NCBI RefSeq assembly: GCF_964355755.1
Contig: NC_092676.1
Span: forward strand, 6,115,888 to 6,179,887
DNA from: Antedon mediterranea
Taxonomy: Eukaryota > Animalia > Echinodermata
Reading direction: 5' to 3'
Length of the DNA: 64,000 nucleotides
Part shown: in pieces, positions 27,301 to 42,300 of the stretch
How positions within the stretch are numbered: position 1 is the stretch's first letter
Layout of the letters: every line of letters starts with the position of its first letter
The notes under the pieces: model-generated
What the model was told of the DNA's origin: nothing
Databases searched by the model: none
The model's input: only the letters and a program-made list of their open reading frames with translations
Translations under genes and position numbers: made by a program

Positions 27301-30300
27301 CTGATTTTTCTTCTGAGTGTTCGGCAGTTCAGGGTTTCTCATGCATTCGGAATGATAGAAGTAATCGCGTTGGCGGTGGTGTTGTTCTATATATTAATGA
27401 AGTATATGATTACGAAGTTGATGATGCATGTCCTATTGATCTTGAATGCCTATGCGTTGATGTAAAAATTAACCTCTCTTTCTCAATCGTCACTATTGTC
27501 GTCTATTACCCACCTAACTGTAATCGGAATCAACAGCTTACAGAGTTCTTGTGCTCAAGAATTGACTATTTTCGTAGTGTAAGGGATAATGCTGCTTTCA
27601 TTATTATGGGTGACTTTAATGACTACGATATTGACCCCCTACTTTATCAAACATCATTAGAACAAGTAGTAGATTTTCCCACTCGCGATGATGCATGTCT
27701 TGATAAAATGTTAACAAACATCTCTGATCTTTACCAATCTCCTTTAAAACTCTCTCCTCTGGGTCGCAGTGACCATGCCTCCATTCTTTTAAAACCTAAT
27801 TTTATTCAAAGGAAACCGGTAAAGAGAAGGTTGCTAGTTCGCCGTCCCTTGAAAGACTCGTCCATGCGTGCATTTGGCCAAGTTATTACTGGGATTGACT
27901 GGGATGATATGGTTCATGAGGACGACAGTTCTGAATATTTAGCTGCCAAATTTGAAAGTGTGCTTAAGGAAACCTACGAAAAGTCTTTTCCTTCAGTAGT
28001 TATTCGTGTCAGAGACAATGATAAACCTTGGTTTAATCAAAGTATTAAAAAAATGATTGAGAAAAGACATCGTGCTTATCGAAAGGGTAACCAAACAAGA
28101 TACCGTCATTTTAGAAGGCTTGTTCGTTCTGAAGTAAGATTGGCAAAATCAAACTTCTATAAAGAATCTATATCTTCTCTTAGGAAAATTGAGCCCCAGA
28201 AGTGGCACAAGAAAGTGCAGAGGATTGCTGGAAAATCAAAACCGCAATCTGCACTTCTTGAACCTGGTTGTGACCCTGATGTTGTTGTAGATGTTGTCAA
28301 CAAACATTTTGCTAGGATTTGTTCTTTTTTACCTGCATTAGATTTGCGAAATTTACCTGCCTTTCTTCCTTCTGTTAAGCCCCCTGTTATTTTTCCTGGG
28401 CAAGTTTTTAAACTTTTAAAGTGCATTAATGTGAATAAATCAAGGCATCCTCGTGATATACCTCTCCGATTAATTAAGGAATTTGCCTTAGAACTTGCCC
28501 AACCTCTCGCTAAAATATTGAATTGTTGCCTCCAGGATAATAATTTCCCATCTATCTGGAAGAATGCCATCATTACTCCTGTACCCAAAAAGCCAAAGGC
28601 TTCTACACCTAATGAACATAGGCCTATATCCATCACGCCTGTTTTTGGTAGAATTTTTGAGAGCTTCCTTTCTGATTGGATAGCTACTGATTTCAGACCT
28701 CTTATGGATTCCCAACAGTTTGGAAATGCGAAGGGTTCATCACCGACTCATTACCTTGTTCAACTCTGTAATAGGCTTCTGTCAGGATTAGATAGCTCAG
28801 GAATGTATGGTACTATTTGTGCCATAGACTTTAGTAAAGCCTTTGACCGGGTCAACCATTCAATTCTGATTGACAAATTAATTGGTCTTAATATCATGCC
28901 CTCTATCATTCCAACGGTGTGTAGCTTCCTCTCGCAAAGAAATCAGTGTGTGCGGTTGGGCGGTTCAGTCTCAGCGCCAGAACCAATTTCGTGCGGAGTG
29001 CCTCAGGGTACTAAATTAGGCCCAATCCTATTTACTATCATGGTTAATGATTTGCTCAACAATGTACCTGATAGATGGAAGTTTGTTGATGACCTGACGA
29101 TTGGCGAGGTGATTTCAGTACAGAGACCTGAAGATAGTTCGATTCAAAGCAACCTTGATGCTCTTTCCAGTTGGTGTGTGGAGAATGATGCAACACCAAA
29201 TCCTGTAAAGTTTCAAGTGATGCGTGTTCATTTTTTGCGTAATGTTCCCCAATTTGAGCCGTTACAAATGGATGGTGTTATACTCGAAGAATCCCAGAGT
29301 GTGAAACTTCTTGGAGTGCATCTGCAAAGTGACCTCAAGTGGGACAAGCAGATTAAAGAAGTCGTTTCCAGGGCATCACGTCGTCTATATATGCTATACA
29401 TTCTGAAGCGTTTTGGAGCCCCAAAGGATGATCTGGTTTTTACTTTTATAACATACATTCGTCCTTTACTTGAGTATGCCAGTCCTCTTTGGCATAGCTC
29501 GATCACCAATAAACAGAGTGATCAACTTGAATTCATCCAAAAGCGTGTTGTAAAACTTATTATTGGATATCAAAACTATGTTAGTTACGCAAAATCACTT
29601 GAAACCCTCAAGTTAAAGACATTGCTGCATAGACGTCAGGTTCTTCTTTATAACTTTGGAAAGGGGCTGCTAAAGTCGGATCGCTTTAAGGAATGGATCC
29701 CTGAAAAAGAAAAGCCGACAAGGTGTTTGCGTAAAGTTAATAAGTTTGATGTGCCACGATGTCGGACTAAAAGACTTGCTGCATCAACAATTCCAACTGT
29801 TATTGGACTCTTAAATAATGAATAGATTTGGACAATTAACCTTTAAAGACATTTCGAAGAGTATTGTTTTGTAACTACTTATGGGACTATAAAAATGTGA
29901 TTTATAAGATTCAATTTTTTAAATTTGTAAATATAATATAAGAATTTGTAATTATTAATATCATCCTTTGAATTTGAATTTTGTGCAATTTTTATTGTAC
30001 TTTTAGTTTAATGAATTTTACATATATTTTATTGGTGTATAAAAATAATGTGATTATTAATATTAGTCTCTATTTTTTAAAATTGTATATATTTAAGAAT
30101 TTGTGCATTTTTTATAGTAATTTTAAGTTTAACGAATTATACATTAATTATTTCTGTTTCATAGGCTTTAATGTGTTTTTTCTTCGTTTAACTTTGTTTA
30201 TGTGAATTATCATTTTCATATGTAAGCTCTTCATTTCAACTATGAGTTGTATTTTGAGTATTTTTATACCGATTAAATAAAAAAAAATAAAAAAAAATAA

Positions 30301-33300
30301 TAAATAAAAATATTAATAAAATAAATACAAAATTAATATTTTTTTCTGTACTTGCTGTATTTTCAGAATGGTTTTAAAAATAAAAGTAAAAATGGAAGAG
30401 ATAATAAAGATAACCCCGAAAACTAATTCAAAATTGTATAGAGAAAGATTAAAAAAAGATTCAGAAGAGTGGAAACGTTTTCAAGAAAATCAATTAACAC
30501 AATAATTATTCTATTTATGCATCATGCACGTTTTCATGTTGACTGTATAATAATTAGGCAATTAAGATAATTGTTTCAGATTGATTTTAATTTAAATATT
30601 TCAAACCATTTTGATGACATGTTTAGTTGTGTTTTTATACCTGAAAGTATTGTATACCGGTAGTTGAATTTGCCAAGTGAAAATTACTGTATGTCGGAGA
30701 TTACATAACGGTATTTGGATTTTATTAAATACTTTCCAAAATTTTGTTTTGCCTTAAAATATTGGTAATTTTTAATAAATAGCCAACCTTCACACCTAAA
30801 GTGTACTCTTATCATTTTTTTTCTCAAACTACATGCCCAATAGTGTTTTCCAGACAACACACACACCCACACCCACAGCTTCGTCTGTCAAACTAACACA
30901 CGCAAGCGTAGTGTCTGTCAAACTAACACACGCAAGTACACCTCAAATAATGTCATTATTTTCAAAGATATGCCATTTGATATTATTTTTCCTCATAAAA
31001 CATTTTGCCATTATGACTTTCTGCCATTCTATCAAGAATAGTTAATAACCAAAGGATTTACATTGATTAAATTACAATTAAAACGGCATAATAAATTTTC
31101 ACCAATTGCATGCTAATTTTTTAAAGACAAAAACACTTTTATGTGATTATTGAGAATTTTTTTTTCCGCATTTATACTTTGAAATGTAGTATATTAAACA
31201 TAATTAAATAAATTATAAGACATAGTTATGATAATTTTATTATTTGTTCAAGAAAAACAACAAAATTTTGTCCGTCAAAACTAACACACGCAATTGCTAC
31301 ACCAATGAAATTAAAATACATTTTTTGAAGTTCATGTTCAGTGACTTATCTTTTTTTTAGTATTGCCTGAAAGATATGTTTTTACTCAACAATTTCAGGT
31401 TATAAAAAAAAAAAAAGGTTAAAGATGAAAAATTGACCTCTGTGTTACAGTTTTATAACACTTTAGCATATTTTGAGTCATATTTCAATTCAAAGTGCAA
31501 CTTTCGGTTAGAATAATCGAAAGGGAAATAAAATTAAAAATGTTACAATTATACCATTGAGGTAATTACTTTGTTAAATAAAAAATTTCTTCCCGATATT
31601 TCTTAGGCAGAATTTAGCGGCAGGCTTTTATTTAGACCTTACTAGGGCAGGGGCCTATATAACTTAACTTGTAGTAGGCGCGGCCGAGTCTACGTTCGGC
31701 CCGGCACTCCAAATGGAATCGAACACATAATAAGCACGGGCTTAATTCTTATTTTTGGCGGTTCGAAAATCAATTAAAATAATATGATTATAAATATAAC
31801 TTTAAATACTAGAATTATTAAAAAAATGTATACTTACGAAAAATAATATTTAATGAAAAGAAACAATACCCACACAGTTTTTTAACGCAATATTTTTTTT
31901 TTTCACATTTTAACATTTTTTAACAATATTTTATGTTGTATTTCAGAATTACCCACCTGTCAATATAAATAACCTTACTAAAATACATATTACATTCTAT
32001 GCAATGCAAAAAAAAAGAAGTTAATTCACACATTGTTTCAAAAGTTATGAATCATTTAAAGACAGGAATTTTTTGGGCATTTTTGAGACATTGGGAAAAT
32101 CACGCGTAAAAAGCCCTCGGACGAATTTTGTAGGGCGATATCTAAAAAAAAAAATGTCGAGGACACCCAAAAAAAATTTTTTCTTGTACAACTCTGTTGT
32201 ATCTATGGGTTTGGAAAAAATAAGAACTTTAAAATTATTAGTATAAAAGTTATAACCCTTCAAAAATGGGTTCAAATATAATTAGAAAAAGTGCCATTTT
32301 TCAAGCAAAAATCACTGTTTTTTGGGCACTTTAACGGACCATAACTTTTGAATGGATAATCCGATTTCAATCATTTAAATTGCAAAAGTTTATGTTCAGT
32401 AAGTTCCTTCTGATTAACTGAAAGAAAAAGTACCATCATTAATTTGAATTTTTACATTGGGATACCTACTGAGCTATATAACAAATTACAAAAAATAAGT
32501 AGTATTAGTAATATTCTGAAAATGATAATTGAGAATAGTATAGTGCAGTTCAACTGAGATAGTTAAAGAAAGATAGTAATTATTAAATAATGTTTACAGT
32601 TTGTGAAGTGGAAATCAAAGTTTTAAAACATTAATATACTTTATTCACTACTGTGGTGATAAACAATTAATATCTACTGAAGTGAAGTCGCCCAATCGTG
32701 TTCTAGACAATAAAAGTTAATAAGCTAATCCTAAGCCAAGATTAAGTTAATCTCCCGAGTCTCTGGATGCGTAGACAATAACATTAGTAATTGAAGGAAT
32801 TAAATAACATGTATGTTTTTCATAGGTTGTGTCATCTTTAAGATATTTTCCCAGGGTTTCTTTAAATTTCAAATCGCTAGCTGCTTATTAAATATAGATT
32901 GGATTGAATTTCACTGCTGGTAACGCCTCATGCAAGGTTAGTTCGAGACTGAGACTGAGAGAGCTCGGCATTGTCATATCGGAATTATTGAGACAATCGC
33001 AGAAGAGAGGTCCCAAAAAGTAAACATTGATGACAACTTTTAATAAGATCAACAATGTGCAAACATTTAAAAACAACCCCTTCTGAATTTGTACGTAATT
33101 AAATCTTCCTATATGAATCCATGAACAACAAAATGCAACCAAGATTTATAAAGCAAACTTAAATTGAAGACATACCAGATCATACAATAGCACTATGTCC
33201 CATACTATTACTAATGTACACAATACATTACCTATTGATTTGGTTTTACAGCTTATTTTATCACACATATAGTTACTTTTCAGATTTAATCTGGATTTTG

Positions 33301-36300
33301 TCAATGTTGATTACATCTCTGATTTTTAAACCCAGTAAGTGCATCATTCTTAGCGGTTTGAGTTTTAGAAGATTTTGTATACAATGCAAAGTCATACAAT
33401 TCTTATGTTAAACAATTGTTTGGTTGAATAACAACCCCATATTATTGTTACTCTTTTGACTTGTTTTATAATAAAAAGTATGCTTGCTGTTATTTCGAAT
33501 TTGAATAGATTTTCATTAACTTACAACAGTTTTTATGCATCAGTGATTTTGCCTTTTTTCTTATTTTCGGTTCACTGTCTATCTTTGATTGAAGTTATTT
33601 TTAAGTATAAAAAGCTATTTTTTGAAGGAGTTGATTTTAATGGTAGAATTGGCAATTTCTAAAAGTAATTTTAATCTCCGATTTATATGAAATGAAGTGG
33701 AAGTGTATTTTGACTTTTAACTGCATTCCAAAACCAACAGGACTCCAGTCCAAACAAAAGAAGTGTACATTTTATGATGGTAGGAATCCTTGACCATTAT
33801 CAAAATTTGGGGTCATTTGCGTGGGGAGCAGCTTGGTATCTATTCAGGAGAGTTTAATCTTGTGAAAGAATCAGTATTGATAGATGTTATTGAAAGAGTT
33901 CACTACAACCTTACCCATCTTTTTAATAGGGATATCTAATTCAGGAAAAAAAAATGTGGCGACAAAGAGAATCATCTTCTAATACTAGGAATCTTATCAT
34001 TTTATCTTTTTCATTTCTTTTCCAGATTCTATCCCTTCTGACTTTAAACTTTCAGTAAATTCTCGAGTACATTAACTGAAGCTCTGTCTACACTATCAAA
34101 TTTATTTGACAATAAATTGTGATGTGCCCATATATGGACATGATGATGATGTCATATCGCTACCATATTTGAGCATATCATTACCGTATTTGGGCACATC
34201 ACACTATTTTGTCAAACTACAGTAGTTTGATATTGTACAGTAGAAAGAGCTTTACTCTATTTTCTATCAATCTATTCTAATAATCTAGTTTCATTGATAA
34301 TGATTTACAGAATCAGCTGTTATCTTTGATGCCTCTATATCACCATGTTTTTTATATTTGAAATCTCTATATCACCATGTTTTTTATATTTGAAATAAAA
34401 TTAGCAATGATTAAGTTCACACTTAAAATTAGAATGAGATATTTGCTGACTTCATGGTCAGCTTCTGCCTGTGTAGAATTCTTGTGAGATACTGTAAAAG
34501 TACACTGTCCGTTAATAGACTTGTCTTGACACAGAAACATAATTTCCTTACCGTATTTTCCGGAGTATAGGTCGACCCCAAGTATAAGTCGACCCCCAAC
34601 TTTGACCTAGAATATCGTTGATTTTGGTATGACCTGAATATAAGTCGACCCCCCAAAATCGGCTAATAACACAACTTTAAAGTTCAAAGAAGGCTAGAAA
34701 CGTATGAAATGTGGTTGTTTGTTTATACAATTATTAAAGTGTAGGCCTAATCAATATCGGACGGACGTAATCACAACGGCTTCGCCGCCGTCTTCGCCAG
34801 CCTATAATAAATGACAGCGATGTAGCGTTACAGTACTTGCCATCAGCGATGTTTTATCGCGTCACTCAAATAAATTAAAACGAGTTTTTCGTTAGGAGGC
34901 TTATTAAATTGTACAGGCGAGTAGTTGTAAATCGCGTTATCTGTAAATGTACACGCGCCGGACTGAGGAGAATTTATTTTATGAATAGACATGCGCAGTA
35001 ATTGTAATTACGAACAAACAAACAAACTGCGCATGTGTATAGATGAAAATATCGCGCAATAACAAACATGCTGCATGGACATTCCAACATCGTGTAGTTC
35101 GTTTGTGGTGTGTGTTACGATGTTTTCGCGAGTGAATCAAAGCATATGAAACACAAACGAAAACTATTTATTCTTAATTATTTTAATAAAAGCGTAATAT
35201 AGACATCAAAATTAATCTTTGTTATATATTAATAGTACTTATACCAAGTACTTGTTGGAGTTGTATTATTTTGTACAATGTAGGTATTATTAAATTGAAA
35301 ACTCCTGTGAGTGATTGATGATAGGCCACTGACCTTGCTAGGCCTTGACAGCTGACGGCTTTTGAACGAATTTTTTCGGCTTGATTTTTTTCAAAAATCG
35401 CATGGTCGGAGTATAAGTCGACCCCCCGATTTTGCAATTAAAATTTTCCCACAAAGTCTCGACCTATACTCCGGAAAATACGGTACTTGCAATTTCATAA
35501 TAAAGATTTAGTTTTTTATGGAATAACTGAATGTCGTTAAATTTGTATACTCTTTTGTCATACCGCTTATGGAAACATAATTACAGTTTAATGTACACTA
35601 TTATGTTTATAATAAAAAAAACGTGGCTCTGTTATAAATGTTTAATACTAATATACACATTCTATTAACTGCTTTAGGCGAAATACAGTACTGCTGAAAT
35701 AGTGAAATATAATGACTATAAAAACTGTACTCTATGTAACATTACAGTTTTTTTTTTATCAAAAATGTGAATTTAAATTATTGAATAACTAAATCTATTG
35801 TACTCCAGTGTGAAAGCCTTTTCCTCGCATTCAATGTCATAAAAAAAATAGGTTTCATATAACTCATTCTACACTACAGTGTAATTTATCTTCTATTTCG
35901 TGCAATTAGCTTGCTTGGATAAACCAACATTTGCCATGTTTTACAGTGCTACATACAACTGAAAACTTTATTGAACACCCCCATTAATGGTAGAATCCAT
36001 TATCTCCAGTGCATTTAAATTGAGCTTTTAACAGGTTATAAACATCCAACCATAACATGATGAATATTGCAATATTTTTTATTTGTATACAGTAGTATTT
36101 ATTTGGCAGATATTATTTTTTTCTAAACATTTTCATGTCTAAAAAATATTGCGGTATCTTATCGTGGATGCATGAAGCGTCAGTGATTCTGGCAATATTA
36201 ATATTGTGAGGTAGTCGATAAGATTGGAGCAACTAAACATTAGACAGTTTAATCCCACAAGGCAAAGTAATCATTTCGAGCTTTACTCCAATATGAAAGG

Positions 36301-39300
36301 AAACAATCTTATTCAATAGCTGATGAAGTAAAGAAATTCTTGATTTCTTCTGAAATTTTCAATTTTTATCATTGACTTTTTGATTAAAGATGTTTTTCTT
36401 TGGTGCAATTTGCAATTTAATAATGACTTCACTCGTTTTTGAAAAATTACAAAGTTTAATTTTGGAGTCAATAAGTATTTCAATGATATGATATTGAGAA
36501 GAAAAAAAATGTTAACCGTCTACTGGATTATATATCTTTTTTTAGTGTTCACATATTAATTCCTTCCATTATTTATACCACAAATGAAATGTTTGACTTA
36601 TCTAAAGCTCTGTCTACACTATCAAATTTTATGTGACAAAAAATGGTGATGTTTCCATACATGGACAAGATGACATCATATCACTTCCATATTTGGGCAC
36701 ATCACACTTATTTTGTCAAATTAGTTTGACAGAGCTTAAGATGGTAAATAGTATTTAATTAAACTTTTATCACTTAAAATGATACAATTTAGAATTTTAT
36801 TAAGAAGAGCGATTCTGTATGTACCGATTTGGTTTCTGCTAGTAAGCGCACAAAAAAAAAAATTTCTTTACATACAGTATTAAACTTACTAAATTTATAA
36901 AGCTGTCATCCTTCAATTGAAATTTTTTCTTATTTTTTAGTACAACTTTGTAGGAAGGATACTTGGTCCTAGGGGTTTAACAGCAAAGCAACTAGAAAGA
37001 GAAACAGGGTGTAAAATAATGGTCAGAGGTAAAGGTTCTATGCGAGATAAAAAGAAGGTAAGTACAGTTTGTAATTAGGCGTCGGCGTCCTTATCATCAT
37101 TGCCAACACACAATCGGTTGTTAACCTTTTGATTACTAACAAAGAAATATTAATAGTTTGATTAAATGTAATGAAAGTGTGGAATTAAAGTGCATATTGT
37201 CAACGAACTTTGGTTAATTTGGTAAATTTTATTCTAAAATACTCTGTGTGGGGTGATTAGATGGCAATGTTAAGGCCAATTTACACAAACGAGCGGTAAC
37301 GATAATAAAAAAAAAATGAATCCATCTTATTCCTTATTACCATACACACAACGTGGAGCAGACGGGTGGTTTCTGCTCAGGATAGCAGATATCGTACATG
37401 GGACAAGCTACGCGGTTTTCCACTTACCGTTACCGCTTGTCTGTGTAAATTGGCCTTTATGCTACACATCTAAAATGATATGTATTGTAATGTAATTCAC
37501 AGGAAGATCAAAATAGAGGAAAACCAAATTGGGAACACTTAAGTGAAGAATTACATGTATTAATCACAGTTGAAGACAGCCAAGACAGAGCCCAAGTACG
37601 ACTTAAACGAGCAGTTGAAGAAATTAAGAAACTTTTGGTTCCAACGGTAAGTTTTGTGTGAAAAAGAGAGATTATGATTTATCTTTTTTTGAAAGAGAAC
37701 TTTATGGTGTAAGTTGATTTACAGTACCTGTCTATAGGGTAGGTATTATCAAAAAGTTGTTGGAATCTATCCTATTAAGAAATGGCTTGATCTTTTTGAG
37801 TTACATGCTCTCCTCTTGGAAAGGAAAAGGCCTATGTCGGTTTATTTTTGTAAACAGAACTAGCAGACTACTAATGCCGGTATTGTAACTGTAATTGAAG
37901 TATTTACTATTCTTATACAGAACATAAGAATTACATAATTCATATCTATACACAAAGTTAAATAAATTATATTTATCAAAGTATCAAAACTTAACACTTT
38001 ATATTTATATTATAGCTGATTTTAAAACAAACTAGAAATGCGTAATGTAACAATTATGGCGCGAGAACTATTTTGCGAGAATTTTAATGTATTCATAACA
38101 CCTGAGTATTTTTCACATTCGAAATTTCTTGCCAAAATGTTATCCTTGAAATGTTGCATTCGTTGGCGCGGACTGCGTGATAAAATCAATGATAAGATTT
38201 ACACGTATTCCCAAACGACTCGTTTTTTAGAACAAGACGTTTGATAAATGGATCATCTGACATAAATATTTCATATTGGAAAGTAAATTTTCAATGTTTT
38301 CACACCAGACTGGGCAACCAGGAGGTGATTGTAATTCATGTATTGGAGCATTAATTATATTTCACGTTTTTCATTGTCGATTAACAAACACAGTTTTTAT
38401 GACTTTATGTTTAGCTAAACATTACACTTAGTGTTGATTGTACTTGCTAAAGTGTGCTATATCTCATGCTAAATGAGAAAAAAAAGTGTGAATTTATTGA
38501 AATTCAGATATCAAATTTCATTATTTAATAATTTTATTTTGCGTATCTATCAAAAAATTGCTATTTATTATTGAATTAAATTAAATTTAAATGAATTGTT
38601 TTGTGGAAAAAAAATGCAATCATTTTAAAGTTGTTTATTTTAACAGTATTAACCAGGCATATGTCAAGTATAACTGTAACCTTTTGAACTTTGACATAAT
38701 TGATTGTGTATTAACTAAATATAAAATTGTTTTAATTTGGAGAAAATTTGAAATTTAGAGAAAAACAAATGTAAGAAAACATTACATTGATTATATAAAA
38801 ATATTTTTTTGACTTTTGGCAATACAAATAGTTACCAGTGTTTGGGAGACCATTATTTTATCATCATAATTTTATCAGACAAGCTTTAAGACTAATATTT
38901 GTATTTAGTTCTGAACAAATATTATTGATTTTTGTGATAGCAAATTATTGCTTAGCCAGCCTAATAAATAATGTAACCTATTAAACAACCAAATGAACTT
39001 GAACAAATATTTAAGTCCTAATGTAAACTTATATAAAAAGGGCTAAATAATTTAAAGTATAGTGATGAATAATGATAGCACTTGGTAGTTATTTTATTAA
39101 CCGTTTGCATAGTTAATTGACATTAATTCTGGAAGGACAAACTGTTCTTCTAGTCTTAATATTTATGTCTTGCATAATCTTACCATCTATGCAGGCAGCT
39201 TATTCCCAAAAATCTATATTTCACACTTGAATGGTTTTCTTCGCACATGAGTGGGTCTATAATAACAGCCTGGGTCAAACTTTGTCAAGTTTTCTCAAGG

Positions 39301-42300
39301 GATATGTGCGACACTTAGTTGGCTGCATTATGCATGTACGTGCACTAGGCACGCGGCACATGCAGATATGCTGAAGCAGGCTTATGTTATTATGTGTATA
39401 TTAGTGTGTGCATGTGTCACGCATGTTACTGCTGTCCTAATTATTGAGGGCTTGTTTAGTGAATAGTTGTGAGTGCTGTAATTAAATAAGTCTTGTTATT
39501 AAATATGTGTGGGATGTGTTACAAGTCAAATTGACTTATTTCTATTAACTCGTCATAGTTTAACCTTCATATACTGTAAATTTACTATACATGGAGATAA
39601 TTTTTGGAAACTTCCCAATAAAGCAGTATTCTATATTTTTTTCCCTAATATGGCAACAAAATATTTGATTTATTATATTGCCATCATTTCTGGCCTTAAA
39701 TTAGATAATAGATTAGTATTACTGTTGAAGAATACAATGTACAGCACATACCACTGCTTAACTTTAAATAGTCAAAATTATGGTTGGTATTTTTGGTTAA
39801 AAAGAAATTAAACAGGAACTGTCTACAAATAAACTACAATAATATTTATTACCTGAAAATCTTAAACCTTATTTTGTAGTAAGGGTAGAGTTACTGTAGA
39901 ATTAGTTTCCATGAATTTAATTTGACAATAATAACTGAGTTCTCAATTTGCTAGTATAATTCCAGTAGTTGTGATAACAAATTTCTGTAGTAATAGATAA
40001 TGTCAGTACGGTAGTTTTTTTACGCATTATGTCAAGCTGTCATTCTGCATATAGGCACACTCTTTTCTAAACGTGCGCAAAATGATTTTCCAACATGATT
40101 GTACTTGCTTGTAAACTAGGCGTCATCACTATGTGATTTAACGATTGTACGACCATGGATCAACCCAGGACGATAAATTTTCTTTTTGTGAATAATAACT
40201 ATTGTCGATAATTATTGTTTTACTAGTTTTTTTTATTCAAATGATCATTTTGCGTAGTTCAGAGTATTTTTCATCCTTTCCATATGTCTATTAAATTTGC
40301 CGAATTTCTGTAAAAAATGAAAGAGATTTCTCTGAATATTGATTGAGGCGATTAATTCAATTGCAACAATTCTTTGTGTACAACAAGTTAGTCTATATTT
40401 CTATCGTCAGCTTGACTCGCTATATAAATTAACCCTGTCAAAGCATTGTTCACTTGTGCCCCTTAGCATAAATTATTTAATTACTATGGCATCCTTTATT
40501 AGTAAACAAACACTAAACAGTCTAAGAACAATATCTTGATATCAACTGACTGTTTACTTTATATTGTTTTTACATCAAAAATCAAATATAAACACAAACC
40601 TAGTTTAGTTGATTGAAGGAAATCCTGTTATCTAGTTAGGGACGACCTTCTAAGTTTAACAGTATCGATTTAGCAGCCACTATCATTTTCATAAGTTAAG
40701 CACAAAATGCTATGCTCTTTAAAAAAATGTGTGCACATAAAAACATTACTGATTTTGTAAATTAGAACGCATAAAATATTATTATGATTTAATTCTTATT
40801 CGAGTTTTACTCTGTCCGAAGTGTATTGCATCAAAGTTGAGTTGCATGATACTTTATAACTTTTTAAAATCTATTGGTAATCAAGAGTGCCATGTACTTG
40901 CACCAGTATTGTTGGTATCAAGGGTACCAATGTACCTGCACCGGTATTGGTATCAATGAAAATCGTATCATGTTTTCGTAACATGAGCTGATTTTTAAAG
41001 AATACTTTTAAAGTTATGTACAATATAAAAGTTAGCCAAGAATGAACATTCAGCTGGTTTTTTTAGCCAGTGCCCTAGAATAAAAAGAAACTAATTGCTT
41101 ACAGTTTACACAACACACAACATATCTAGCTTAATTGATATGCATAGGAAAAGATTAAAATACAACAGCACAGCAACAATAACATGCATATATTTTACCA
41201 GGTTCCTTTAGATTAAGGTTATTCCTGACCAATTGCGTCAGTAGTCAAAATTCAATTTTACTGGCGATCAACAATTTAAATTATTAGTTTAAAAGTAAGT
41301 ATCTTTTAGGACATTTTCTGTAAATTTACTGGCAAGTTCAGGTTTTGTAATGGCTAGAGAACATGTAATAAATGTTTCTAAGAAAATATTTTTACAAAAT
41401 TTAAAGAAACCCACTATAGTTTTAGTTTAATGGTTAAAAAAAATAGAGCACAGAGTGTTATAGGCATTACGTTTCAAAATTCTTCACTGCTTTAGAAATT
41501 TGCATGTAATTGCATTAATTTCTTGACGAATTTATAAACTGTACTTTATAACACTATTCATAGAAATGCATGCTTTTGGCACCTTTTGCAAGCGTACTTA
41601 CTTTTTTTTAGCTGCAGATTTGAATTTTAAAAGATCATGAAATGTAGAATTATTTTGAATATGTAGGTAATTATTTTATAGTTTATGTCGAATATTAATT
41701 TATTATGTGTAACCCAGTTTCTGCATATGGTACATTCATACTACTGCAACAGTTACACCTTTATTAAAAGGGGCAATATACTGTATGTTCAACCATAGAC
41801 TAGGGACACCCTATGGGACACTTTATTGGGATCTGAAGGCTTGTCCCCTTAATATAAGGGCCTGTTCGTAGGGGTTGAAAATACCAGCTTATTCCCGATT
41901 TCCGTTCGCGTGATCCAATTAACTTTTGCCTCAGGCTACAAAAAATTCGAGGTAAAATGTTCACCAAATTTGCAGGTTATTTCAGCGATAATCCAATTAT
42001 ACTCGGCCTTCGAGGATAATAAATCTCCGATAGAGGCAATGTGTCAAATTTTGACAAACGTTCGCTGCTTAGGCCCGTCATTTCTCCTACGAAGCTCTTC
42101 CATACACGCTTCGAGAGCGATCGTCAGCTGGTGCTGTCCTTGTTGGTGTAGACCGCTTAGTAGGCCTAGCTGGTCGGGGAGCCGCTGGTCGGTGGTGTTT
42201 CCGTTGTGTAACATTGGGCTCAAATTCTTCGTCAATGAGTAAAATAATGGTCGTCAGGAGAAGGCATATTTCGGCAGGATTATCGGCGTTAAGAGGCATA

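Larger units (their letters stand above)
24943..31479. mobile_element. Sola-like TIR DNA transposon relic (middle element of the nest)
   Basis: TIR GAGTCAAAATATGCTAAGGTGTTA / TAACACTTTAGCATATTTTGAGTC (2 mismatches) flanked by ATAT on both sides, with recurrent internal motif GTCAAA(A)..TAACRCACGCAA. Superfamily inferred from the GAG terminus and 4-bp TSD. Confidence 0.72.
23901..32468. mobile_element. Large non-autonomous TIR DNA transposon (outer element of the nest)
   Basis: Perfect 14-bp TIR TAGGTATCCCAATG (23901-23914) / CATTGGGATACCTA (32455-32468), flanked by the direct repeat CTGAGCT (23894-23900, 32469-32475). Confidence 0.85.

Noticed and set aside
28157-29509. Antisense ORFs within the LINE
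   Set aside because: Shadow frames of the RT ORF with no recognisable motifs.
26937-29825. Retron, group II intron, DGR or defence-type reverse transcriptase
   Set aside because: The N-terminal APE domain and A-rich tail identify a eukaryotic non-LTR retrotransposon.
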